Source: Parcubacteria group bacterium GW2011_GWD2_38_12 (GTDB lineage: Bacteria; Patescibacteriota; Minisyncoccia; GWC2-36-17). Taken from it: a DNA stretch of 64,000 bases. The stretch lies in contig LBUA01000001.1 in NCBI GenBank assembly GCA_000992345.1, positions 81,711 through 145,710 of the forward strand, given 5' to 3'. Shown here one piece after another: positions 30,557 through 40,404 of this stretch (positions are counted from its first letter, which is position 1; each line of letters starts with the position of its first letter). The notes beneath the pieces were generated by a model. The model saw only the letters and a list, made by a program, of their open reading frames with translations, did not search any database and was not told where the DNA came from. A program made the translations under genes and the position numbers.

Positions 30557-32509
30557 ATGACATCGCAAGAATTAAGAATAAAATTTCTGAAATTTTTCGA
30601 ATCAAAAGGACATACGATAATACCGTCTGCCTCTTTGGTGCCGCGTGAAGAAAATCAATCCGTGCTTTTTACGACAGCCGGCATGCATCCCTTGGTGCCA
30701 TATTTTTTTGGTAAAAATCATCTAGGCGGGAAAAGAATCGCAAATTCTCAAAAATGCATAAGAACGGCTGATATTGACGATGTTGGCGATAATCGCCATT
30801 TAACTTTTTTTGAAATGATGGGCAACTGGAGCTTTGGTGATTATTTTAAAAAAGAAGCAATTGAATGGAGTTTCGAATTTTTAACCGGTAAAGAATGGCT
30901 TAATATGGATCCGAAAAGAATTTATGTGACAGTTTTTAGAGGTGAAGATGGAATACCTTGCGATGATGAGGCGATTGAGATTTGGAAAAACGTTTTTTCA
31001 AAAATTGGCATGAATATTAGAGTGGCTGGCAAAGATGAGATCATGAAAAATGATATTCGCATAATCCCGCTCGGGGTAGATGATAATTTTTGGATCGCCG
31101 GAGAAACCGGGCCTTGCGGACCGGATACAGAGATATTTTATGATACAAGACCGGAAGAAGGCATACTGGAAGGCAATTTTTCCGACTTTGTAAAGAATTT
31201 CCGATTGATAGAAATTTGGAATAATGTTTTTATGGAATACGAGAAAAAATTAAAAATTAAAAACGCAAAACTAAAAATAGAAGAAGCAAAAGAATACGAA
31301 TATATAAAACTAAAGCAACGGAATGTAGATACGGGAATGGGACTGGAAAGAACAGTCGCGGTGCTTAATGGCAAGGAAACTGTTTTTGAAACGGATATTT
31401 TTGAGCCTATTTTTGACGCGATTTCGAAAGTTTGCGGTAAAAAATACAACGAAAATCCGGAAATAAAAAAAGCATTTAGAATTATCGCCGACCATATAAA
31501 AGCCAGCGCTTTTATTATTTGTGATGGTGTTATGCCCTCAAATATCGGTAGGGGATATGTTTTGCGCAGACTAATACGCAGAGCTGTCAGATATTCAAGA
31601 ACTTTAGAGCTAGAATTAAATTTCAAACTAATTATTGATGCAATAATTGATATATATAAAGTTCAATATCCTGAACTTGATTTGAAATCACCGGAAATAA
31701 TAAAAGCTATTCGGCAGGAGGTGGATAAATTCAATAAGACACTTGAAAGAGGGCTTAAAGAATTTGAAAGGACGGTTTCCGCCGTGTTTGGCGACACTAC
31801 AATGAGAGAAGAGAAAGATGCGCGAGAAATGGCATATGATGCGCTTAAAAAAATATCCGGAAAAATAGCTTTTGACTTATATCAAACTTATGGTTTCCCG
31901 ATTGAGATGATAAAAGAATTGGCGCGGGAGTATGGTCTGGCTGTTGATGAAATAGAGTTTAATATTGAGCTGGAAAAACATCAAGAAGTGTCTCGTAAGG
32001 GGGCAGAAGTAAAATTTGGCGGGCATGGTATGGAAGTTGAAAGTTTAAAGTCAAAAGTTGAAAATTTTGAGGAGATTGAAAAGAAAAAAAAGTTGCATAC
32101 TGCGACGCATTTGTTGCATCAGGCCCTACGTATAATACTGGGCGTGACAGTTGGACAAATGGGGTCGGACATAAATTCTGAAAGATTGAGATTCGATTTT
32201 ACTTTTGACCGAAAAATGACACCGGAGGAAATAAAACTTGTGGAGGAGTTGATAAATGAACAAATCAGAAAAAATCTCAATGTAAAATATGAGGAAATGC
32301 TTTTTGAAAAAGCGGTTCATCTGGGGGCTTTAGCATTTTTTAAAGAAAAATATCCGGACAGAGTGAAGGTTTATAGTGTGGGGGGATTTTCAAAAGAGGT
32401 GTGTGGCGGACCCCACGTAGAAAATACATCCGAGATGGGGGAATTTAAAATACAAAAGGAGGAATCTTCTTCTGCGGGCGTGCGTCGGATAAAAGCAATC
32501 CTAAGATAG
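30557..32509 (+). CDS. alaS: Alanyl-tRNA synthetase, short form lacking the C-Ala/DHHA1 domain
   Basis: MTSQELRIKFLKFFESKGHTIIPSASLVP...FTTAGMHP catalytic N-terminus. Editing-domain HTATHLLHQALR and CGGPHV motifs. About 650 aa versus ~870 typical. Confidence 0.8.
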   Translation: MTSQELRIKFLKFFESKGHTIIPSASLVPREENQSVLFTTAGMHPLVPYFFGKNHLGGKRIANSQKCIRTADIDDVGDNRHLTFFEMMGNWSFGDYFKKEAIEWSFEFLTGKEWLNMDPKRIYVTVFRGEDGIPCDDEAIEIWKNVFSKIGMNIRVAGKDEIMKNDIRIIPLGVDDNFWIAGETGPCGPDTEIFYDTRPEEGILEGNFSDFVKNFRLIEIWNNVFMEYEKKLKIKNAKLKIEEAKEYEYIKLKQRNVDTGMGLERTVAVLNGKETVFETDIFEPIFDAISKVCGKKYNENPEIKKAFRIIADHIKASAFIICDGVMPSNIGRGYVLRRLIRRAVRYSRTLELELNFKLIIDAIIDIYKVQYPELDLKSPEIIKAIRQEVDKFNKTLERGLKEFERTVSAVFGDTTMREEKDAREMAYDALKKISGKIAFDLYQTYGFPIEMIKELAREYGLAVDEIEFNIELEKHQEVSRKGAEVKFGGHGMEVESLKSKVENFEEIEKKKKLHTATHLLHQALRIILGVTVGQMGSDINSERLRFDFTFDRKMTPEEIKLVEELINEQIRKNLNVKYEEMLFEKAVHLGALAFFKEKYPDRVKVYSVGGFSKEVCGGPHVENTSEMGEFKIQKEESSSAGVRRIKAILR

Positions 32510-32618
32510 GTAAGACTCGTAAAAATGTGGTATAATTATTTCAAAATCAGAGTTTAACATTTGATAATTTCGAATTTTGTATTGGTATTCTTAATTTCGA
32601 TATTTACATTCTAAAAAA

Positions 32619-34265
32619 ATGGAATATTTTTCAAAAATTTTACATATTGATTTAGAAGAAAGCGCGCAGTCTGTCATTGAGAGGTTCAATATTCTTGATG
32701 ATCATAATATTATTTTTGCTATTCCGATGGGAGCGCAAATCTTTCACAACCTTTCTGAATTGAAACTGTTAAAACAAGATATTGATAAATCCGGGAAGAA
32801 TGTAGTTTTGGTAAGCCAAGATGAGGTTGGCCTTGAATTGGCTCGCGATATTGGTTTCAAGGTTGAGAAGGAGTTTTTAGAATTATTGTCGCCGACCGAA
32901 GATACTCACAGATATTCCGCGGATACCCACAAACATCCAAAAGTTTTGGATATAATTTATCGTCAACCGGAACATAAAACGGCAGTTCAAGGAAAAACGC
33001 CTGGATTGCAAACAGAAAAACCCATTGTCAAAAGAGACCTAAGAGAGTCCGTAATTGACGAAAAAGAGGGGACTGGATTTTGGGGGGAAGAAAAACCTCA
33101 TAAATCTACGGGAAGAATCTTTACAACAACCAACGTAATAATCTTTTTTATCATTGCATCCGTTATTGTGGCAACTATATCCGCAATAATTGTTCTCCCG
33201 AAAACGACAATCACTGTTTTACCCAAGAAAGAAACGGTTGTTGTGGATATACCGATTACTGCCGATATTTCAATGTCAGAAATAGATACCATTAAAAATA
33301 AAATACCCGGACAAATAGTTAAGGTGGAAAAAGAAAAAACCGCGCAATTTAAAGCAACGGGGAGAACGGGTTCTGAAAGTAAGGCGAGGGGAACTATCGT
33401 TATATATAATGTTTATACACCGCCGCAAAGTCCGACGTGGATTGGAGGCACAAGATTTGAAACATCCGATGGCAAAATATTTAAGACTATTCAAAAAATC
33501 ACCGTTCCTCCTGCTAAAATAGAAAATGAAAAAGTCGTGCCAGGGACGATAGAGGTTGAAGTTGTCGCTGATATTGCCGGTTCCGATTACAATATATTGC
33601 CGAGTGAATTTACTATGCCGGCTTTTAAGGGAACTTCAAAATTCAATGTATTTTATGGAAAATCAACATTGGCGATGCGGGGAGGATCAAAAGGCGAGGG
33701 AATAGTCATAGTTTTAGATGACATAGAAAATGCCAAAAAAGAAATAGAGGGTGAATTATTGGAGGCAGCTAAAAATGAATTAAAAGAAAATCTACCAAAA
33801 GACTTGGAATTTATGGAAAATGCGATTGCTGTTAAAATTTTAGAAGAAAAAATTTCCGACCAAGCGGGGACAGTTATTGAAAATTTTTCCGTTTCATTAA
33901 AAGTTTCAGCTATGGCATTTTTGTTTAAAGAGGATGATATGAAATCTCTTGTTGCGAAGAATATAGAAACAAAAATAATGCGAAATGAAATAGTATTTAA
34001 GGATATACGCAAAAGATATAGTAATGTGGATATTGATTTTTCTGCCGGAATAATGACTTTTAATGCGAATATAGAACAAGATATCGCAGCTTCTTTTAAT
34101 GAGGAGGATTTAAAGACGGCATTTGCCGGAAAAAATGAATCAGAAATAAGAGATTACGTTTTGAGTCAGGATTTAATGGACGGTGCTCAGGTTAACTTCA
34201 GTCCATTTTGGGTAAAAAAAGCTCCCAGCAATAAAAACAAGATAAATATTATCATAGAGAAGTAG
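32619..34265 (+). CDS. Hypothetical protein with a single TM helix (548 aa)
   Basis: ORF. TM segment around residues 165-195. No motif recognised. Confidence 0.4.
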   Translation: MEYFSKILHIDLEESAQSVIERFNILDDHNIIFAIPMGAQIFHNLSELKLLKQDIDKSGKNVVLVSQDEVGLELARDIGFKVEKEFLELLSPTEDTHRYSADTHKHPKVLDIIYRQPEHKTAVQGKTPGLQTEKPIVKRDLRESVIDEKEGTGFWGEEKPHKSTGRIFTTTNVIIFFIIASVIVATISAIIVLPKTTITVLPKKETVVVDIPITADISMSEIDTIKNKIPGQIVKVEKEKTAQFKATGRTGSESKARGTIVIYNVYTPPQSPTWIGGTRFETSDGKIFKTIQKITVPPAKIENEKVVPGTIEVEVVADIAGSDYNILPSEFTMPAFKGTSKFNVFYGKSTLAMRGGSKGEGIVIVLDDIENAKKEIEGELLEAAKNELKENLPKDLEFMENAIAVKILEEKISDQAGTVIENFSVSLKVSAMAFLFKEDDMKSLVAKNIETKIMRNEIVFKDIRKRYSNVDIDFSAGIMTFNANIEQDIAASFNEEDLKTAFAGKNESEIRDYVLSQDLMDGAQVNFSPFWVKKAPSNKNKINIIIEK

Positions 34266-34353
34266 CTCTGAGCTATTAGGTATTGACTCATGGTGAATAA
34301 TTTGTTAATTTATATTTAAAATAAATCCCCAAATTTGGGGAATTATATTTTTT

Positions 34354-34608
34354 ATGACTCAAGAAAATCAAAATAATCAGGATGTTGTAGTCAATAAAAG
34401 CGAAGAATATGAGGTTGATGGAATAGTGGAGGAAGCTTTGCCATCGGCAACCTTTAGAGTAAAGTTGAATAATGATTCTGTGATTTTGGCGCATCTTTCC
34501 GGTAAAATGAGATTGCATTATATAAGGGTTCTGCCGGGAGATAAAGTGGTAGTTAAGATGAGCCCTTATGATAAAACCAAAGGACGTATTATTAAAAGAT
34601 TAAAGTAG
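34354..34608 (+). CDS. infA: Translation initiation factor IF-1 with ~20-aa N-terminal extension
   Basis: [60 protein letters not shown] is the S1-like IF-1 core. Confidence 0.85.
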   Translation: MTQENQNNQDVVVNKSEEYEVDGIVEEALPSATFRVKLNNDSVILAHLSGKMRLHYIRVLPGDKVVVKMSPYDKTKGRIIKRLK

Positions 34609-34729
34609 GGGATTCGTTGTTAAACCCCGCTTCACGGGGCGCAAAAGGCGCATTTAACAGGGTACTCGATTTTGAAACTAAATTTTGCGCACTCCGCAAA
34701 GCTCCGTTTTAAAATTTCGAAAAAATCGG

Positions 34730-34846
34730 TATGAGGGTTCGAGCTTCCGTTAAAAAAAGGTGTGTAAATTGCAAGATTGTGCGCAGGCAGGGTCGTATTT
34801 TTGTTATCTGCTCAAAAAATCCGAAACATAAACAAAGACAAGGTTA
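34730..34846 (+). CDS. rpmJ: 50S ribosomal protein L36
   Basis: Manual translation gives [38 protein letters not shown]. Too short for the ORF track. Canonical position between infA and rpsM. Confidence 0.85.
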
Positions 34847-34928
34847 GAGCAACAAATGACAACTGACAAATGACAACTGACAAAAACATGTCAAGAGTCC
34901 TCTGTTAAATGTCATATGTTATTAAAAA

Positions 34929-35315
34929 TTGATTCGTATCGCAGGAGTTACAATTCCAGAGAATAAAAGAATAGAAGCGGCTTTGCCGTACATTTATGGC
35001 ATTGGCCAATCTTTGGCTGTTAAAATTTTAAATGAAGCAAAAATAGATCCGAATTCAAGAGCCAATAAATTAACACAAGAAGAAATAGGAAGATTAAGAG
35101 ATATTGTAGAGAAGAAATATCGGGTGGAAGGCGATTTAAAAAGAGAGATAATAATGAACATTAAAAGATTGAAAGACATTAGTTCATATCGCGGAATCCG
35201 TCATATGAAGGGTTTACCAGCCAGAGGACAAAGAACGAAAACTAATTCGCGCACCAGAAGAGGCAACCAGAGAAAAACTGTCGGTTCCGGTCGCAAGGCG
35301 GCAGAGAAGAAATAG
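34929..35315 (+). CDS. rpsM: 30S ribosomal protein S13 (TTG start)
   Basis: IRIAGVTIPENKRIEAALPYIYGIG...RGIRHMKGLPARGQRTKTN. Confidence 0.85.
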   Translation: MIRIAGVTIPENKRIEAALPYIYGIGQSLAVKILNEAKIDPNSRANKLTQEEIGRLRDIVEKKYRVEGDLKREIIMNIKRLKDISSYRGIRHMKGLPARGQRTKTNSRTRRGNQRKTVGSGRKAAEKK

Positions 35316-35343
35316 ATAATAAAATAAATAATAAAATCGGAGA

Positions 35344-35793
35344 ATGGTCACAAAAAAAATTACAAATAAATCAGAGGCGTCACCAGAGGAGATTAAGCCT
35401 AAAAAAGAAACTGGATCAGAAACTTCCAGTAGTATTGCGATAAAAAAAATTGTTCATGGACAAGCGCATATTAGCGCTTCTTATAATAATACTCTTTTAT
35501 CGATTACCGATGATAATGGCAATATGGTCGCATGGTCTTCGGCTGGATCACTTGGATTTAAGGGAGCTAAAAAAGCAACTCCTTATGCTGCTACAAAGAT
35601 TGTAGAAACCATTATGGAGAAAATCAAGAAAATGGGGATTTCTGATGTTTCCGTGTTTGTAAGGGGGGTTGGTGGTGGCAGAGAAGCCGCTATTCGCGCT
35701 CTCGCCAATAAAGGCATGAATATAATATCAATCAAAGATGTTACGCCTCTTCCCCATAACGGATGTAAGCCGAAAAAAGTCAGGAGAATTTAA
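35344..35793 (+). CDS. rpsK: 30S ribosomal protein S11 with N-terminal extension
   Basis: AHISASYNNTLLSITDDNGNMVAWSSAGSLGFKGAKKATPYAA. Confidence 0.85.
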   Translation: MVTKKITNKSEASPEEIKPKKETGSETSSSIAIKKIVHGQAHISASYNNTLLSITDDNGNMVAWSSAGSLGFKGAKKATPYAATKIVETIMEKIKKMGISDVSVFVRGVGGGREAAIRALANKGMNIISIKDVTPLPHNGCKPKKVRRI

Positions 35794-35811
35794 AATATAT
35801 ATTATAATCGC

Positions 35812-36429
35812 ATGAAAATTGATCAAAAATGTAAAATTTGCAGAAGAGCCGGTGAGAAATTATTTCTTAAAGGCGATCGTTGTTTTTCTCAAAAATGCGC
35901 GATGGTTCGCAATGCAACAAAGCCCGGAGTTCACGGAAAATCGAGATCTAATCTCTCTGAATTTGGCATACAATTAAGGGAAAAACAAAAGGCGAGATTC
36001 GCTTATAATTTATCGGAAAAGCAATTTAAAAATTATGTGACGAAGATTTCTCAAAAAAGAGGAACTGGCGATGCTTTAATATCAAAATTAGAAAGAAGGC
36101 TGGATAATGTTGTTTATAGATTGGGATTCGCCAGATCAAGAAGTATTGCCAATCAAGCGGTCGGACACGGTCATTTTTATATAAATGGAAGGAAGATGGA
36201 TATACCATCTTATGAGGCAAGGATAGGCGATGTCATTGAAATCAGGCCTAATTCCAAGAATTCCGCCGCTTTCAAAGATTTAAAAGAAACATTGAAAAAA
36301 TACAACCCTCCATCATGGTTGAGCTTGGATAAAGAAAATTTAAAAGGGGAAATGAAATCATTACCTGCGAAAGAAGATTTAGCAGTGCCGTTTAATTTAA
36401 ATTTAATCATAGAGTATTACTCAAGATAA
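35812..36429 (+). CDS. rpsD: 30S ribosomal protein S4 (zinc-finger form)
   Basis: CKICRRAGEKLFLKGDRCFSQKC N-terminal zinc module and an S4 domain. Confidence 0.85.
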   Translation: MKIDQKCKICRRAGEKLFLKGDRCFSQKCAMVRNATKPGVHGKSRSNLSEFGIQLREKQKARFAYNLSEKQFKNYVTKISQKRGTGDALISKLERRLDNVVYRLGFARSRSIANQAVGHGHFYINGRKMDIPSYEARIGDVIEIRPNSKNSAAFKDLKETLKKYNPPSWLSLDKENLKGEMKSLPAKEDLAVPFNLNLIIEYYSR

Positions 36430-36520
36430 TAAAATCAATAATCAACAATTAATAGCTAACAATTAACTAAAGGCATCATAGCGAACAAGTTAAATGTTAA
36501 ATATTAAATGTTAATAAAGT

Positions 36521-37468
36521 ATGGAGATTACTCTCCCGTCAAAGTATAAAATTATTAAGTCAGAGGGGAATTCAGCGGTTTTTGAAATAGAAAATCTTTA
36601 CCCCGGATATGGCATTACCATCGGCAACGCTTTGCGTCGTGTGCTTTTATCGTCTCTTAAGGGCGCCTCTGTTACATTAGTTAAAATAAAGGGCGCAAGC
36701 CATGAATTCTCGACAATCCCCAATATCATAGAAGATGTCGTTGAAATTATTTTGAATTTAAAGCAAGTTCGTTTTAAATTGGATGGTGATCAACCTCAAT
36801 ATGCGACATTGAAAGTTAAGGGCGAGAGAAAGGTTACCGCTAAAGATATTGACGCCCCAAGCCAAGTAACGGTTATAAATAAAGATACTCACATTGCCAC
36901 TTTAACAGATAAAAAAGCTGAGCTTGAAATTGAGTTGACCATTGAAAAGGGTCTTGGTTATGTTCCTGTAGAACGAAGAGGGAAAGAGAAATTGGAAATC
37001 GGAGCAATTGCCATAGATGCCATTTATACTCCTATAAGAAAAGTTAATTACGAAGTGGAAAATATGCGCGTAGGGGACAGAACCGATTTTAATCGCATCA
37101 AATTATTAGTGGAAACAGATGGCAGTATATCTCCGGAAGAATCTTTCCGGAAAGCTATAAATATTTTAATTGATCAATTCAATTCTCTTATTCAGGGCGC
37201 AGAGGTTTCCAACGGGAAATCATCAAAAGAAATTATTGAAGTGGAATCAAAGGAATCAATAGAAGATATTACAAAGATGAAAATAGAAGATTTAAATCTT
37301 TCAACAAGGACAATAAATACCCTTACTGCTGGAGGCGTAAAAACTGTCGGCGGTTTAATCAAGAAGACGGAATCTGGATTAAGAGAAATAGATGGTATGG
37401 GAGATGCAGGAGTTAAAGAAATCAAAAAATCATTAATGAAATTAGGACTTTCATTTAGGGAAGAATAA
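36521..37468 (+). CDS. rpoA: DNA-directed RNA polymerase alpha subunit
   Basis: ENLYPGYGITIGNALRRVLLSSL N-domain, a C-terminal HhH alpha-CTD, and position in the alpha operon. Confidence 0.9.
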   Translation: MEITLPSKYKIIKSEGNSAVFEIENLYPGYGITIGNALRRVLLSSLKGASVTLVKIKGASHEFSTIPNIIEDVVEIILNLKQVRFKLDGDQPQYATLKVKGERKVTAKDIDAPSQVTVINKDTHIATLTDKKAELEIELTIEKGLGYVPVERRGKEKLEIGAIAIDAIYTPIRKVNYEVENMRVGDRTDFNRIKLLVETDGSISPEESFRKAINILIDQFNSLIQGAEVSNGKSSKEIIEVESKESIEDITKMKIEDLNLSTRTINTLTAGGVKTVGGLIKKTESGLREIDGMGDAGVKEIKKSLMKLGLSFREE

Positions 37469-37523
37469 AATAACGATTGACAATTGACGAGATTAAGTCA
37501 AATGTCGAATATCTGCGAAGCGC

Positions 37524-37874
37524 ATGAAACATTTAAAAAACAATAGAAAATTTGGCAGGCCGGCAAGTCAAAGAAAAGCATTAAAAAAGGGCGTGATTTC
37601 GTCATTGTTTTTATACGGAAAAATAGAAACGACCTTGGCAAAAGCGAAAGAATTCGCTCCGGAAGCGGAAAAAATCATTACTAAAGCAAAAAATAATAGT
37701 TTACACTCACGTCGGATTTTATTAAAATTATTAAATCCAAATATAGTTGATAAGTTAATTCATGAGATCGCTCCAAATTATAAAAACAGAAATGGCGGAT
37801 ACACGCGCATAATCAAACTTGGCGCTAGAAAATCCGATTCCGCGAAAATGGCTTTGCTTGAACTTGTAAAATAA
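37524..37874 (+). CDS. rplQ: 50S ribosomal protein L17
   Basis: MKHLKNNRKFGRPASQRKAL...GYTRIIKLG. Confidence 0.85.
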   Translation: MKHLKNNRKFGRPASQRKALKKGVISSLFLYGKIETTLAKAKEFAPEAEKIITKAKNNSLHSRRILLKLLNPNIVDKLIHEIAPNYKNRNGGYTRIIKLGARKSDSAKMALLELVK

Positions 37875-37887
37875 ATTTAAAATTATT

Positions 37888-38271
37888 ATGAAATCAATAG
37901 AACGAAAAAAACATACAATCGACGCAAAAGACCAGGTTTTGGGTCGTCTTGCGACACGAATTGCCACGTTGCTTCGCGGTAAGCACAAGGTCATTTTTAG
38001 CTATCAATCGGATAATGGTGATTTCGTTGAGGTTGTTAACGCTGATAAAATAGTGGTGACCGGAAAAAAAATGCAACAAAAAACTTATTATAGACATAGC
38101 GGGTGGATAGGTAATTTAAAAAAAGAACAAATGGATAAATTATTTGCAAAAAATCCTGCAAAAATATTGGAATTGGCAGTTTCCAGGATGCTTCCTAAAA
38201 ATAAACTAAGGGCCAAGATGTTATCGCGACTTTCTGTTACCAAAATAAATGCCGATGAAAATAAACAATAA
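37888..38271 (+). CDS. rplM: 50S ribosomal protein L13
   Basis: HTIDAKDQVLGRLATRIATLLRGKHK. Confidence 0.85.
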   Translation: MKSIERKKHTIDAKDQVLGRLATRIATLLRGKHKVIFSYQSDNGDFVEVVNADKIVVTGKKMQQKTYYRHSGWIGNLKKEQMDKLFAKNPAKILELAVSRMLPKNKLRAKMLSRLSVTKINADENKQ

Positions 38272-38284
38272 ATAAAATATTAAA

Positions 38285-38773
38285 ATGACAAAAACTCACA
38301 CAATAGAAAAAAAGGACGTCCCAAATGAAGAGAGTAAGGATAGTGTAAAACTAGAAAAATCCCCAAAAGAAAAAAATTCCAAAGGAGACAGGTATTATGA
38401 AGCTATTGGCAGAAGAAAAACATCCTCAGCTCGCATTAGATTATTTACAAAGGGGCAAGGTATTATTGTAAATGACAAAGATTACAAGGAATATTTCCCT
38501 ACTGATATTTTGCAAAGAATAGCCGAAGCATCTCTAAAAAAGATGAAAAGTTTGGATAGATTCAAAATAAGCGTTAAAGTTTCAGGCGGAGGATTAAAGT
38601 CTCAAGCAGAAGCTATCCGTCATGGAACAGCAAGAGTGCTTGTGATATTTAATGCTGATTTTAAAAAAAGATTACGAAGAGCGGGATATTTAACGAGAGA
38701 TCCGCGGATGAAAGAAAGAAAGAAATACGGCCTTAAAAAAGCAAGGAAATCTCCACGTTGGTCAAAGCGTTAG
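38285..38773 (+). CDS. rpsI: 30S ribosomal protein S9 with N-terminal extension
   Basis: YEAIGRRKTSSARIRL...RDPRMKERKKYGLKKARKSPRWSKR. Confidence 0.85.
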   Translation: MTKTHTIEKKDVPNEESKDSVKLEKSPKEKNSKGDRYYEAIGRRKTSSARIRLFTKGQGIIVNDKDYKEYFPTDILQRIAEASLKKMKSLDRFKISVKVSGGGLKSQAEAIRHGTARVLVIFNADFKKRLRRAGYLTRDPRMKERKKYGLKKARKSPRWSKR

Positions 38774-38781
38774 TTATAAAT

Positions 38782-38818
38782 AAAAATCCCCGTCCGTTTT
38801 AAACGGACGGGGATTTTT
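38782..38818 (+). terminator. Intrinsic terminator after rpsI
   Basis: AAAAATCCCCGTCCGTTTTAAACGGACGGGGATTTTT perfect hairpin. Confidence 0.75.
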
Positions 38819-38856
38819 ATGATTTTGACACCCATGGTTTTATAGCACTGTTAATT

Positions 38857-40272
38857 TTAGATAGCGCTAAAATTTATTGTATACATATTCTCGTTACTCA
38901 AAATATACAGCATTTCATTGATACCATCATAAAAAATATCGGGACTTGAGGAGTCGATTATATGGGCGATGTTTTGATTGTCTCTATTGTCAAGTTCAAT
39001 GAATTTTATGCTATCGCCGAAACTATAGAAAACATGTTTATTTGTTTCAAACCATTGGCTGGATATTATTTCTTGCGGAATATTTAATACAACTTCTTTT
39101 TGGTTGGCGTATTTATACGGCTGAATTTTTATATCTTCAAGATAATAAACCATTAAGTCGTTTTTCTTTTGATATAATATCTTTTTTTCATCATCAGATA
39201 GATAAAATTTTGTTACGTTCTCATCTATTTTTAAAAAGCTATTATTCTGACTTAAAAATTTTAATAATAGTCCGGTTGTTGCTTCATCTATAAAAATATG
39301 ACCGGAGTTTAGTATATTTATCTTGGGGGTGATATCTTCGCCCAGTTTGAATTTGATGGTTCCCAAAATTTCTTCGGAAATCAGGGATTTATCTTTAAAA
39401 AATGATTTTGTGAACAAGAAATCTGGTTTTGTTATGTAATAAATAGAATCCCCATTGGCCGGCTCTATTGAGGCGATATTCTTTTTCAAGAACATCAATA
39501 ATCTCAAAGAAGTATTGAACATATATAAATATGAATCTTTTAGTATAAAAATGTTGTCTTGGGACCCCAATTTTATATCAGTAATGTCTTTTATTGATAT
39601 TTGAGGAGGTAAAATAGCATCAAGATTTTGTACTTTTCCGTCAATGACATTTATAATTATAAAATCGCCCTCGTTCTTAGAATGAAAAACAATCCTATTA
39701 TTATCTTCTCGCCAATCTTGCAAATTAAGAGTAATAATGTTTTTTGAGATCAATATTTCTGTTTCATTTCGGCTGTCTAAATTTAATATTCCCAGGATTG
39801 TTTGGTTTTTTTCGTTGTATTTTATGAGAGCCAACGATTTTTTACTCGGAGACCAGTAAAAATCTTTTATTTTTTGAGTTGGTTTATTATATAATTTTAA
39901 TTCTAAATCTTCGGGTATTAAAACTATATCTTGGGCTTCTGTAACGAGTTGTGGTTCAATTTTGAGTATTTTGCGCCAATCTTGATAATTGTCTTTTGAG
40001 ATTTTGACGTTATATGTTCCCGGAGTCAGGTTTTGTATAAAAGCATTGTTGAAATATGAAAAAGCACTAGTGGTTTTTACCGACTTATCGTCTAACGATA
40101 TTTGCGCTTCCGTAGGGGAGTGGATTCTAAAGAAAAACCCCCCTGTTTCTACAAATTGCCAGGTTTTAAAATTAAATCTAAATCCGCGGGAGTATTCCAC
40201 TAATATGGGGGTCAGTATTAAAAAAAATACTATAGATATAAAAAATAAAATGCGCCTTTTGCGTAAAGTCAT
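38857..40272 (-). CDS. Hypothetical secreted/membrane-anchored protein with PEGA-like domain
   Basis: N-terminal TM. TPGTYNVKISKDNYQDW matches the PEGA motif. Beta-rich remainder. Confidence 0.5.
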   Translation of the reverse strand: MTLRKRRILFFISIVFFLILTPILVEYSRGFRFNFKTWQFVETGGFFFRIHSPTEAQISLDDKSVKTTSAFSYFNNAFIQNLTPGTYNVKISKDNYQDWRKILKIEPQLVTEAQDIVLIPEDLELKLYNKPTQKIKDFYWSPSKKSLALIKYNEKNQTILGILNLDSRNETEILISKNIITLNLQDWREDNNRIVFHSKNEGDFIIINVIDGKVQNLDAILPPQISIKDITDIKLGSQDNIFILKDSYLYMFNTSLRLLMFLKKNIASIEPANGDSIYYITKPDFLFTKSFFKDKSLISEEILGTIKFKLGEDITPKINILNSGHIFIDEATTGLLLKFLSQNNSFLKIDENVTKFYLSDDEKKILYQKKNDLMVYYLEDIKIQPYKYANQKEVVLNIPQEIISSQWFETNKHVFYSFGDSIKFIELDNRDNQNIAHIIDSSSPDIFYDGINEMLYILSNENMYTINFSAI

Positions 40273-40404
40273 GCCGATTTTATAAAAATTTTGAACCAGA
40301 GTTTTGCGTGATGCGCAAATTTTGTTTCAAAATCGAGTTCGCCGCGGCGAACCGCGGCGGATGGAATAATGATAATTGATATCCGCCCGAGGCGGACAAA
40401 GTCC

